57,671 bases of DNA from a virus (lineage: Duplodnaviria > Caudoviricetes): IMG/VR virus record IMGVR_UViG_3300025647_000002, positions 1 through 57,671 of that record. One strand, written 5' to 3'. Below the pieces are notes generated by a model. The model was given only the letters and a program-made list of their open reading frames with translations, made no database searches and was not told where the DNA came from. The translations under genes and the position numbers were made by a program. Shown here in pieces: positions 48,570-57,174 of the stretch (positions are counted from its first letter, which is position 1; each line of letters starts with the position of its first letter).

Positions 48570-48800
48570 GAGGGTATACAAAGTTTACACGGTGCTATTT
48601 CGGGGGGCTGGATTTTCCGGCAAAGTATACACGTTCCTTTTTTGGGGTCCTGCTTTGCGAGGTTTACTACAATAGAGGGGGGCGTAGATTTTCCATGTCC
48701 ATGTACCCCCCCTCCCCGCTGCCATGGTACGAATCGCGCCGCGCGCCTATCCCGTGGTGGTATACATGGCAAGCGCTGAAGGCCCTATAAATAAGGCTAT

Positions 48801-48829
48801 TTGACATGGTCGCGTTAACTTGCCATAAA
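48801..48829 (+). promoter_or_regulatory. Sigma70-like early promoter
   Basis: TTGACA-17 nt-CATAAA with an AT-rich upstream segment. Confidence 0.6.
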
Positions 48830-48865
48830 GAATCCATCGAACGGCACCCGAGACGCCGGACGGTA

Positions 48866-48892
48866 GGGCCTCCGAGCCCACGCTCTTTGACA
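48866..48892 (+). promoter_or_regulatory. boxB/boxA-like antitermination element
   Basis: GGGC-CTCCGA-GCCC hairpin followed by CGCTCTTTGACA. Confidence 0.5.
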
Positions 48893-48971
48893 TTGTTAAT
48901 CCGCACCTAGGGATATGATCCCGATGATGGGGTCATATCCTTTCAACCTAACGTCTTTGAAAGGACATAAT

Positions 48972-49259
48972 ATGACTAAGCGTAACGCATCCGAACTGAA
49001 CTGGATTCAGGTTGACGAATCGTCCATGGATAAGGCCCTCGCCAAGCGATTGGACGGGCTTCGTGAATTGGATAAGCAATATAAGGACGCCAAGGCGGCC
49101 TTCGAGCTTCAATTCGTTACCGCCGTCCGCAAGGCTGGATCGCTCGATGAAGGCTATACTTTGGCCTTCGGGTACCGCTTCGGTAAGTTGTCGGTCGCCA
49201 AGACTGAGGACAAGCCACGAACACCCAAGGCATCCGCCAAGCCAATGTTCAAGTTCTAA
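48972..49259 (+). CDS. Hypothetical early protein
   Basis: Start MTKRNASEL after AAGGA; FGYRFGKLSVA. Confidence 0.7.
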   Translation: MTKRNASELNWIQVDESSMDKALAKRLDGLRELDKQYKDAKAAFELQFVTAVRKAGSLDEGYTLAFGYRFGKLSVAKTEDKPRTPKASAKPMFKF

Positions 49260-49314
49260 GCAACGCAACGGCCAGCCCGCAAGGGCTGGCCACCTTTCAA
49301 CCTAGGATAACGAT

Positions 49315-49566
49315 ATGACTATGCAAGAACTGGCACGCCAAGAAAACTTGGCAATGAAACGCCACTGGGCTATGCCCTATGGTGAATCTGGCGCTCGCGC
49401 CGACGCCGAGATCGCAGCACGAATACCAGAGAACTGGTACGGCCCGGAGAAGAAACCCGGCCCTTTGTTTGGCAAGTCCGGCGGCGTCCGATGTGACGCC
49501 ACGGCGAAGGCTATGCGGAACTGTCACTGTTCCGTATGCGCACCGATCATACGTCACTGGAAATAA
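49315..49566 (+). CDS. Hypothetical early protein with CxCxxC motif
   Basis: AGGA SD; C-terminal CHCSVC. Confidence 0.6.
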   Translation: MTMQELARQENLAMKRHWAMPYGESGARADAEIAARIPENWYGPEKKPGPLFGKSGGVRCDATAKAMRNCHCSVCAPIIRHWK

Positions 49567-49618
49567 CCAACAGGCAGGGCGCTTGCGCGCCCTGCCCCCA
49601 ACCCCAAAGGATAATAAT

Positions 49619-49804
49619 ATGAAACGCTCAGAGATATACGACACACTCAACAAGCGCGACCTTGCTGCAATCAAGTTGGGTCAGGCAGAAGCCAAGCGCT
49701 ATCTGCGAACCAAGGAAAAACCACCGACACGCGGCAACATCCGCGCTGGCCTTGCCTTCGCCGCCCTGACGATCATCACGCTGGTGATCGTCCTCTCCCT
49801 CTAA
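49619..49804 (+). CDS. Small early membrane protein
   Basis: Start MKRSEIY after AAGGA; C-terminal transmembrane helix. Confidence 0.6.
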   Translation: MKRSEIYDTLNKRDLAAIKLGQAEAKRYLRTKEKPPTRGNIRAGLAFAALTIITLVIVLSL

Positions 49805-49810
49805 CCACCG

Positions 49811-49844
49811 ACCCGTCCAGTGAAAGCTGGGCGGGTTTTCTTTT
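49811..49844 (+). terminator. Intrinsic terminator
   Basis: ACCCGTCCAG-TGAAAG-CTGGGCGGGT followed by TTTCTTTT. Confidence 0.85.
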
Positions 49845-49929
49845 GTCCGCATGTCAGTGCTTGATGGCTGTTAGGTTCTGAAGATTAGGTTCTCGTCGTT
49901 CCTCCTCGCATACGTCGGGGGGAGTAGGA

Positions 49930-50480
49930 GTATACACGCGGCATAATTGAATAAGTCGAGGGGATTAGGTGTATACTTACCCTGTAAACCGTAACTATAC
50001 AGTGTGTAAAGTGTATACTTTAGAAAATACCTTGTAACCTGTTGAAAACAAACAACTATCTAACTTTACATATCGTTATATAGCGGGTTTTAGGTCTAAG
50101 TTAACATGTAAACCGGGTAAGTTAACGCGTTAAGTATACCAGCAAGTGCCTGTAAAATAAGGGAAAAGTACCAAGGGGTAGTGTAAACCAAGGGTATATA
50201 TATATGTATACTATCTAAATATCTATCTATCTATGTTTTTACCCTTTTCCTATGTCGATTTCCTGTTGGTGAGTAACTCACTACACGTCGAAAAACATAG
50301 CCGCTCTAACGCGAAAACATAGATAGTTAGATAGTTGCAGCAATATCAATGACTTAGCCTGATGTAAACTTAGATAGTTCTAATGATATCAATGACTTAC
50401 GATAGATAGATAAATAGATAGTTGTGGTGTATACTTGGCTCACACTTACGAAAAAACTCAATGGAATCAAGGGCTTAGCC
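49930..50480. other. AT-rich repeat-laden non-coding region (candidate replication origin or genome-end region)
   Basis: No credible ORF; CTATCT/AGATAG repeats, IHF-like boxes, 12 GTWWAC sites and a (TA)n tract. Confidence 0.6.
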
Positions 50481-50486
50481 CGAAAC

Positions 50487-50515
50487 TTGACACGGCCCGA
50501 GCCCCATGCTAGGTT
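50487..50515 (+). promoter_or_regulatory. Sigma70-like promoter for the second early operon
   Basis: TTGACA-17 nt-TAGGTT with TG one base upstream of the -10. Confidence 0.5.
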
Positions 50516-50588
50516 GGCTTCGCCGATCGGGTCTGGCAAGCCTGATTGGTAATAATATATAACTTAACACATACCAAAGGGGGGACCT

Positions 50589-50927
50589 ATGTCCACCAAG
50601 CAAATGTTCTCGTTCAATAACTTGACACAAGACACACCAACTGAGGTGGTAGACACACCAAAGTGGACACACCTTGCTGATTACTACAACCCAAATGAGT
50701 TCCGTATACTGTCTATCCGACCTCGACGGCGGACCTACCTACGTCAGTCCGATGCTGGTTACGACTGGTGTGCTGGCCACGGTTTCATCGTAACTTCACA
50801 GTCCAGCCCCTACTGCGGACAAGTTGTGGCTATCGACGAGACACGTCACCTCAAGGACATCGGCTACACTCATGTCCACATTCACTACAACCTCGACACC
50901 CCACCACTCAAGCTGGAGCTACGCTAA
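50589..50927 (+). CDS. Hypothetical protein
   Basis: 112 aa after AAGGGGGG; TAATG coupling. Confidence 0.6.
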   Translation: MSTKQMFSFNNLTQDTPTEVVDTPKWTHLADYYNPNEFRILSIRPRRRTYLRQSDAGYDWCAGHGFIVTSQSSPYCGQVVAIDETRHLKDIGYTHVHIHYNLDTPPLKLELR

Positions 50928-51265
50928 TGATTTCTTCCACTACTGAACAGCAAATCCGTAATGAGTGGCAGCGTAAGGCTGACCACATCAACCAAGGTTT
51001 CACTATCGAGATCGACGAGTACAGTCTCGAACAGACAGCTAACGTGTTGGCTGTTATCAACCCCGGTCGTTCTAGTGCCGACCACATACGAGACATGGTC
51101 AGGGCTAACATGTGGGACGGTACTACGTCCCTCGGTACTGCTGGTTGGGAAGCCGCTGGTTTCTTCCCTGACCATAATCCCAACACCATGGTCGTGAGAC
51201 TGTCTGTCTCTGCCTACTCAGTCGCCAAGTATCTCGAAGCACAAGCCAACAAGGAGAGCAACTAA
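50927..51265 (+). CDS. Hypothetical protein
   Basis: Start MISSTT at 50927 after GGAG; coupled on both sides. Confidence 0.65.
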   Translation: MISSTTEQQIRNEWQRKADHINQGFTIEIDEYSLEQTANVLAVINPGRSSADHIRDMVRANMWDGTTSLGTAGWEAAGFFPDHNPNTMVVRLSVSAYSVAKYLEAQANKESN

Positions 51266-52074
51266 TGTTCGGAGCTAACATTGAACTTCCCAACCGTATC
51301 CTCAGCTACAAGTCGGCCCTCGACAAGTACAACGCTATCAAACCGATCCGTGGTCGTTCTACGGATGTTCGTCCTCTGGCGAGGCGATCTAACGACAACC
51401 TGACTATACGTCAGGACCCTACCACTGGTGACGTTACCATAAAACTCTACCAGACCGACATCATCACTTACGACGCCGACGGTGATGGGTACAACAACCA
51501 CATCGAGATCAACCCTTACGCTTCTGTCATGACCAACAGGGTGATGTGGTCGATCCTTGGGCCTCATGTAAACACCCACTGGACAGACCGATACCAAGCC
51601 CCAAACCATATCACTGAAGTGGGTGGTCGGTACTATAACACCCCAGAGTTCGTCACTGTGGCTCCCAAAGAGACAGGTTGGGAGATCATTGCTGGTGATA
51701 GACCCATCGAGGTGTCCTACCTGAACCGTAAAGTGGGACGCCAAGCCCTACGTGATGCCAACTACTATACGTTCAAGCTGTGGTTGGAGACACGGATCAG
51801 ACTGGGACTGTGTGAGTTTGGCCACCGCTGGGGTTCCAACCCCTATGACTGGTCACCACGGGAAGCTATGGGCTACCTGACAGCAGGTGAGAAGGACTGG
51901 TCCGAGATCAGCAAGCGTATGTCTAACAGTGTCCCTATAGAGGCCGAGCTGCGTAGCCTACGGGAAGCCGTATACAAGTCCGAGCTGTGCTACGACACCG
52001 AGACTGTGTCGTACTTCGACGGCTACAACGCCTTCTCCAACGCTATGAACCAGATCAAACGGGTGGGTCGCTGA
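51265..52074 (+). CDS. Hypothetical protein
   Basis: 269 aa; KPIRGRS.DVRPL.RR and LYQTDII motifs; AAGGAG SD. Confidence 0.7.
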   Translation: MFGANIELPNRILSYKSALDKYNAIKPIRGRSTDVRPLARRSNDNLTIRQDPTTGDVTIKLYQTDIITYDADGDGYNNHIEINPYASVMTNRVMWSILGPHVNTHWTDRYQAPNHITEVGGRYYNTPEFVTVAPKETGWEIIAGDRPIEVSYLNRKVGRQALRDANYYTFKLWLETRIRLGLCEFGHRWGSNPYDWSPREAMGYLTAGEKDWSEISKRMSNSVPIEAELRSLREAVYKSELCYDTETVSYFDGYNAFSNAMNQIKRVGR

Positions 52075-52217
52075 TGTTCGGGCCTTATAGAGAATACGCC
52101 ATATACAAGACCTACACCGACGGTCGACGCCCTGTCTGTATCAAGAAGTATGTGACACTGGAGTATGCCCACTCGTGGTGTTCGACCCGTGAGGGATACA
52201 CTTGGGGTCGCTACTGA
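52074..52217 (+). CDS. Small hypothetical protein
   Basis: 47 aa from a TGATG overlap; ends immediately before the ribozyme. Confidence 0.5.
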   Translation: MFGPYREYAIYKTYTDGRRPVCIKKYVTLEYAHSWCSTREGYTWGRY

Positions 52218-52219
52218 AC

Positions 52220-52288
52220 GTCGAAACAGGCTGCCCAGTGCGGCCTGTCTGTCATGGGTGGCTCCCATGACACTGATGAGACAAGCCA
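52220..52288 (+). ncRNA. Type II hammerhead ribozyme with pseudoknot
   Basis: GAAA 52223-52226; stem III; GUC cleavage triplet 52247-52249; 9-bp stem I; CUGAUGA 52273-52279; stem II GUC/GAC; loop I UGGCU complementary to AGCCA at 52284-52288. Confidence 0.88.
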
Positions 52289-52310
52289 ACAACACAAGGA
52301 AATTGCTACT

Positions 52311-53300
52311 ATGAGAGCATCACTTCTGAACACCACACTCCAAGCCCTTATCAACGTCGGTCGATCCGTCGCTATTGAGGGTGCTCCCGGCGGTGGTAAG
52401 ACGACCATTGTCCACGAGGTGGCCGAGGCTATGGGACTGCCCGTTGTGGAACGGCACATGCCGACCATGCTGGTCGAGGACTTCGGTATCCCCTACCCAA
52501 CTGACGCTGGGTTCGAGTACAAGCTGCCCGACTGGTTCCCACTCAAGGGCAAGGCCGGCACCGAGAACGGTGGTGTCCTACTGTTCGACGACCGGAACCA
52601 AGCCAATGCCGATCTACAGAAGGTGCTGGCCAACATCCAGCAAGCCAGAACGCTACATGGCAAGCCGTTGGCCGATGGGTGGACCGTCGTGTCAACTGGT
52701 AACAGACAGTCCGACCGTGCTGGTGCCAACCGTGTCCTGTCCCACCTTCGTAACCGTGAGACAGTGCTTGAGTTCGAGACGCACCTCGACGACAGCACAC
52801 AGTGGATGATCGACAACGGCGTACGTTCAGAGGTCATTGCCTTTACACGGTTCCGCCCCAACCTGCTCCACGACTTCGACCCACAGCGTGACGTCAACCC
52901 GACACCACGGTCATGGGTCGAGGGTGTATCCGCGATACTTGGCAAGGTGCCAGCCGAGGCAGAGTACGAATGCTTCAAGGGTGCCATTGGCGAGGGTGCT
53001 GCGGCAGAGTTCTTGGGGTTCATACGTATCTACCGCAAGCTGCCCAACCCCGATGCTATCCTGATGAACCCAACCACGGCAGACGTACCGACTGATCCTG
53101 CTACGCTCTACGCCCTGTCCGGTGCCATCGCCGAGCGGGCTACAGAGGGTAACATGGAGCGGGTTGTGACCTACACCAGCCGTATGCCAGCCGAGTTCTC
53201 TGTGCTCAGCATCTCACATGCTCTCCGCAAGACACCCGAGTTGGCCAACACAGCGGCCTTCACAAGCTGGGCAGTGAAGCACCAAGATGTACTGTTCTAG
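52311..53300 (+). CDS. MoxR/CbbQ-like AAA+ ATPase
   Basis: Start MRASLL after AAGGA; Walker A GAPGGGKT; LLFDD; TGNRQSDRAG; LRNR; PTPRSW. Confidence 0.88.
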   Translation: MRASLLNTTLQALINVGRSVAIEGAPGGGKTTIVHEVAEAMGLPVVERHMPTMLVEDFGIPYPTDAGFEYKLPDWFPLKGKAGTENGGVLLFDDRNQANADLQKVLANIQQARTLHGKPLADGWTVVSTGNRQSDRAGANRVLSHLRNRETVLEFETHLDDSTQWMIDNGVRSEVIAFTRFRPNLLHDFDPQRDVNPTPRSWVEGVSAILGKVPAEAEYECFKGAIGEGAAAEFLGFIRIYRKLPNPDAILMNPTTADVPTDPATLYALSGAIAERATEGNMERVVTYTSRMPAEFSVLSISHALRKTPELANTAAFTSWAVKHQDVLF

Positions 53301-53378
53301 GTCTTGTTATTACGACAGGACCTCTACCCACTGGCATTAGGTCAGTGGGTACACCAACACTCAATAAGGATTTACGAG

Positions 53379-54242
53379 ATGAAACTATCTGACCGCGCAC
53401 TGCTAGTGCAGCTGAACATATCCACATGGTCTGCCAACAAGCTGGACAAGGAGATCAGCACCGAGACTACCCGTAACAAGGGTGCTATCTCCGGCTCCGT
53501 CCGATCCCACAAGAGCCTGCTGCCGATGTGTGACCTACTGGATGATATCAAGAAGAAAGCCGGCCTGATCCGCCAGCAGTTCTACGACAACACCCTGCCA
53601 TGGGGTGTCAAGGGTATCCAAATCCTGCCGACTGCCAACTACCTCGCCTTCATGACCGAGTTCCGCAAGGAGAAGTCTGACTACGAGGCGCTGGTCCGGC
53701 AGTTTGTACCGGCTTACCCCCAACTGGTGCAGGATGCACAGCGGTTCCTTGGTACAGCGTACAAGGTCGACGACTACCCTGACGTAAGTGAGATCGGTAG
53801 CAAGTTCAAGATGGACCTTGGTGTCATGCCAGTGCCCAACAACGACTTCCGTGTGGACATTGCTGATGCCGAACTGGAGCGTATCCAAGAGGAGGTCGAG
53901 GCCCGTGTAAAGCAGGCCTCAACTGGTGCTATGCAAGAGGTATGGCAGCGGCTCTACGACAAGGTGGTCCACATGGCAGACCGTATGGCCAAGCTGGACG
54001 ACCCCAAAGCACGGTTCCACGAGAGCACATTGGATAACATCACCGACCTGTGTGACCTGCTGCCACGGCTCAACGTCATGGACGATCCGAACCTTGAGGC
54101 TATGCGCCAAGAGGTCGAGGGCAAGCTGTCCGGACTGAGCAAGGACAGCGTGGTACAGAGCCCCACGTTCCGGCAGACTAAGATCGACGAGGCAAACGAC
54201 ATCGCTGCCAAGATGGCAGCGTTCATGGGAGGACTGAAGTGA
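53379..54242 (+). CDS. Conserved phage protein (DUF3150-like) of the AAA/vWA module
   Basis: Start MKLSDRALLV after AAGGA; TLPW...ILP, DDYP and LNVMDDP motifs. Confidence 0.7.
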   Translation: MKLSDRALLVQLNISTWSANKLDKEISTETTRNKGAISGSVRSHKSLLPMCDLLDDIKKKAGLIRQQFYDNTLPWGVKGIQILPTANYLAFMTEFRKEKSDYEALVRQFVPAYPQLVQDAQRFLGTAYKVDDYPDVSEIGSKFKMDLGVMPVPNNDFRVDIADAELERIQEEVEARVKQASTGAMQEVWQRLYDKVVHMADRMAKLDDPKARFHESTLDNITDLCDLLPRLNVMDDPNLEAMRQEVEGKLSGLSKDSVVQSPTFRQTKIDEANDIAAKMAAFMGGLK

Positions 54243-54463
54243 CACGACGTGTCGGAGAGATATTCATATTACCCTTGGCATATAGCACTGGGTACTACGA
54301 AGCAAAGAACGGAGAGACACCCCTTTGTTGGGGTGTCTACCGTAAGGGTGACGGGTTTACGGAGAGCGTGAACGAACACACCCTGAGCAAACCAACCACG
54401 TCCAAATACAACACAGAAGTAGAGGCCATTGCGGCTGCTGCAAGAGCAAGACTGAAAGGATAG
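54239..54463 (+). CDS. Hypothetical protein
   Basis: GTG start overlapping the upstream stop; GGAGG SD. Confidence 0.5.
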   Translation: MTRRVGEIFILPLAYSTGYYEAKNGETPLCWGVYRKGDGFTESVNEHTLSKPTTSKYNTEVEAIAAAARARLKG

Positions 54464-54466
54464 ACT

Positions 54467-55576
54467 ATGGACCTTATGAAACGACTGAGCAAAGCCAAGA
54501 CCAGCCTGATCTTGGAACACCCCTTCATTGGCAGCGTGGCACTCAACATGCCCATGTCACTGAGCGACGAGGTGCCCACCGCTGCGACCAACGGCAAGCG
54601 GGTGCTGTACAATCCCGACTTCATCGAGCCGCTCACTGACGAGGAACTCAAGTTCCTTGTGGCCCACGAGTGCCTACACCCCATGCTAGAGCACAACTAT
54701 CGACGGGGTGCTCGTGACCCCAAGAAGTGGAACAAGGCAGCGGACTACGTCATCAACCAGCTGCTTGTCGACGAGGGTATCGGCAAGTTCATCGAGGGTG
54801 GCTGCCTTGACCAGACCATCTACAACAACGGCGGCGGCACCAGCGATGGTATCTACAACCTGCTGCCTGATGGCGAGGGTGACGGTGACAGTGACGCCCC
54901 CGGTGGACCCGGTAACGACCTTGAGGATGGCGAAGGTGGCCAAGCAGAGCAGGCGCAAGAGGCTGCCGAGTGGAAGATCAAGGTGGCCCAAGCTGCACAG
55001 GCTGCCAAGATGATGGGCAAACTGAGCGCCAACATGGCACGGCTTGTCGACGAGGTACTCAAGCCCAAGGTGGACTGGCGTGACAGACTGCGCCAGTTCG
55101 TGCAGAAGGCCAAGAACGACCAGCGTACCTTCGCAAGACCCAACCGCCGGTTCCTGTCACAAGGGCTCTACATGCCGACCATCACCGGCGAGGTGCTGGG
55201 TGAGATGGTATTCGCCGTGGATATGTCTGGGTCTATCCAACAGGACGAGTGCAACCAGTATTCGGCCGAGTGTCGTATCGTCCACGAGGATGGCAAGCCC
55301 TACAAGCTGCACCTTATCTACTTCAGCCACGAGGTATGTGCCCACGACACGCTGTCACGGGACGACGAGTTCGAGTTCAACCCCCGTGGCGGTGGCGGTA
55401 CTGCCTTCAGCCCTGTGTTCAAGCACATCGAGGAGCAGGGCATCGAGCCTGCTGGTATCGTGTTCCTCACTGACCTGTACTGCAACGACTTCGGTGACGC
55501 ACCTGACTGCCCTGTGCTTTGGGTGTCAACGGGTGCAGACCAAGCACCCTTCGGTGAAGTGGTGGTGATGGAATGA
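54467..55576 (+). CDS. Metallopeptidase-like (HExxH) plus vWA domain protein (DUF2201 type)
   Basis: TAATNG, AHECLHPMLEH, WNKAADYVIN, MIDAS motif DMSGS, GGGGTAF and FLTDLY. Confidence 0.88.
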   Translation: MDLMKRLSKAKTSLILEHPFIGSVALNMPMSLSDEVPTAATNGKRVLYNPDFIEPLTDEELKFLVAHECLHPMLEHNYRRGARDPKKWNKAADYVINQLLVDEGIGKFIEGGCLDQTIYNNGGGTSDGIYNLLPDGEGDGDSDAPGGPGNDLEDGEGGQAEQAQEAAEWKIKVAQAAQAAKMMGKLSANMARLVDEVLKPKVDWRDRLRQFVQKAKNDQRTFARPNRRFLSQGLYMPTITGEVLGEMVFAVDMSGSIQQDECNQYSAECRIVHEDGKPYKLHLIYFSHEVCAHDTLSRDDEFEFNPRGGGGTAFSPVFKHIEEQGIEPAGIVFLTDLYCNDFGDAPDCPVLWVSTGADQAPFGEVVVME

Positions 55577-55869
55577 CAGACCTACTCATCATGACGGCGG
55601 CCCTCGTGGCCGCCATTATATGGACCATATACTTACAACGTGTTGTGAGCAGGCTCACAAAGAGATCGGTCAGCATAAACAGGCGGCTTAACTCCGCCCG
55701 TCTGACACTCGCCGAAGTAAGGGATGAGGTAGACTACTACCTTGAGGAGAACCAAACACTCAAGGACATATTAACGGACGTAGCAAAGGGAGAAGTACAT
55801 GTCTGGATCGGAGAAGATGGCCTCGTCAGAGCGGTGCGAAAGCCTGCTGGAGAGACACCGATACATTAA
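55573..55869 (+). CDS. Hypothetical membrane-anchored coiled-coil protein
   Basis: N-terminal transmembrane helix; ATGA overlap. Confidence 0.6.
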   Translation: MTDLLIMTAALVAAIIWTIYLQRVVSRLTKRSVSINRRLNSARLTLAEVRDEVDYYLEENQTLKDILTDVAKGEVHVWIGEDGLVRAVRKPAGETPIH

Positions 55870-56401
55870 CGTCGAGCACAACGACTGGTACCAGTCTGTC
55901 TATGAGAGCTTCAAGGAGGATATGCGAGAGGTCGGCATCGACGTGCGGCGTATGTACTTCAGCGGGTTCTGGTCGCAGGGTGATGGTGCCTGTTTCAAGG
56001 GCAGGTTTGATAACCTCAAGACCTACCTCGACCACCACCACAAGGACCAGTACCCCATGATCCGCAAGCTGTTGGAGCATGGTGGGTACGTCCACATCGA
56101 CTGCACCCAAAGCGGTAACTACTACCACGAGCAGTCCACCCACTTCAGCGTAGAGCACGACACGTTCTACCGATTGGTCGAGTGTCCGACCGAGTTCCAT
56201 GAGAAGATCGTGGACGCATGGGACAAGCAGCTTGAGGACGAGGTCGAGGCGTTCGAGAACGACGTGACCGAGCAGTGGAGGACCTACATGCAAGACCTCT
56301 ACAGCAAGCTGGAGGATGCACACGACTACCTCGTCAGTGACGAGGCGGTGTGGGAAGCCATCGAGGCCAACGAACTAGACTACGAAATGGAGGATGCGTA
56401 A
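55799..56401 (+). CDS. Conserved hypothetical acidic protein (start may be 55817)
   Basis: YFSGFWSQGDGACF motif and acidic C-terminus. Confidence 0.7.
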   Translation: MSGSEKMASSERCESLLERHRYINVEHNDWYQSVYESFKEDMREVGIDVRRMYFSGFWSQGDGACFKGRFDNLKTYLDHHHKDQYPMIRKLLEHGGYVHIDCTQSGNYYHEQSTHFSVEHDTFYRLVECPTEFHEKIVDAWDKQLEDEVEAFENDVTEQWRTYMQDLYSKLEDAHDYLVSDEAVWEAIEANELDYEMEDA

Positions 56402-57174
56402 TGCTATCAAGCTACGAGGCAGCACAGCTGTACATGAAGAAGGCACGGAACAAAGCCAAGGGACGCCCTATGAAAAGCTCCAGCTGGCGGTTGTTCCAAG
56501 ACGGTGACGAGTACGTTGTCACCGTACACGGCGATCAGCTAGGACGGTTCCTTCCTGACAACACGTTTATGTTTACCACCGACGGGCAGCGGGCTTACCG
56601 CACTGCCAATACCCTGAGCGGTACAATGGCCGCGAACATACCGTTCTACTGGAAGCGTGTTGGTAGTAGGAAGTACAGGGTCGAGCACAGAAACGGGATG
56701 GTGTCCCCTGCGTATGTACATTTTGCGGGCAAGAACAATTCACCGCTGATCTACGACGGGCTCAAGTTCGATCTCTTTACAGGCAAGTGCCTCAACTACA
56801 AGCCGGACCCCGTCAGACAGGTAGACCCCGAGAAGCGCAAGGTATGGCTGGCTGCCAGCCGCGCGTGGAAGGCCAAGCTAAAGGTCGCCGCAAGACTTGG
56901 CGTATTTGACAGCTTGATCGTAGCAGAGCGGAAAAACCGTACTCCATGGATCGACAAACCTAAGTGGGGGTATGACGAATGGCTTGACATACTATACAAA
57001 GCTATCAAAGATAACGATTGCAGCACGGACCTGCTGAAGATGTTCGTGGCCAGTGAGGTATCATGGGCGTGTTCAGAAACGTCGATGGAAATTTACAATA
57101 GTGTGGAGAAACTACTGACTACGTATAGCGTGGAGTTGCGCCAACGGTTTGGCGTATTTTTGGAGGGGAAATGA
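56401..57174 (+). CDS. Hypothetical protein
   Basis: Start MLSSYE at 56401 after GGAGG; TAATG coupling. Confidence 0.7.
   Translation: MLSSYEAAQLYMKKARNKAKGRPMKSSSWRLFQDGDEYVVTVHGDQLGRFLPDNTFMFTTDGQRAYRTANTLSGTMAANIPFYWKRVGSRKYRVEHRNGMVSPAYVHFAGKNNSPLIYDGLKFDLFTGKCLNYKPDPVRQVDPEKRKVWLAASRAWKAKLKVAARLGVFDSLIVAERKNRTPWIDKPKWGYDEWLDILYKAIKDNDCSTDLLKMFVASEVSWACSETSMEIYNSVEKLLTTYSVELRQRFGVFLEGK

Noticed and set aside
49878-49884. Second hammerhead core (CTGAAGA)
   Set aside because: No correctly placed GAAA or stems I-III could be built around it.
50354-50672. - strand ORFs in the AT-rich region
   Set aside because: Low-complexity translations of regulatory repeats, with no SD and opposite to the local gene direction.
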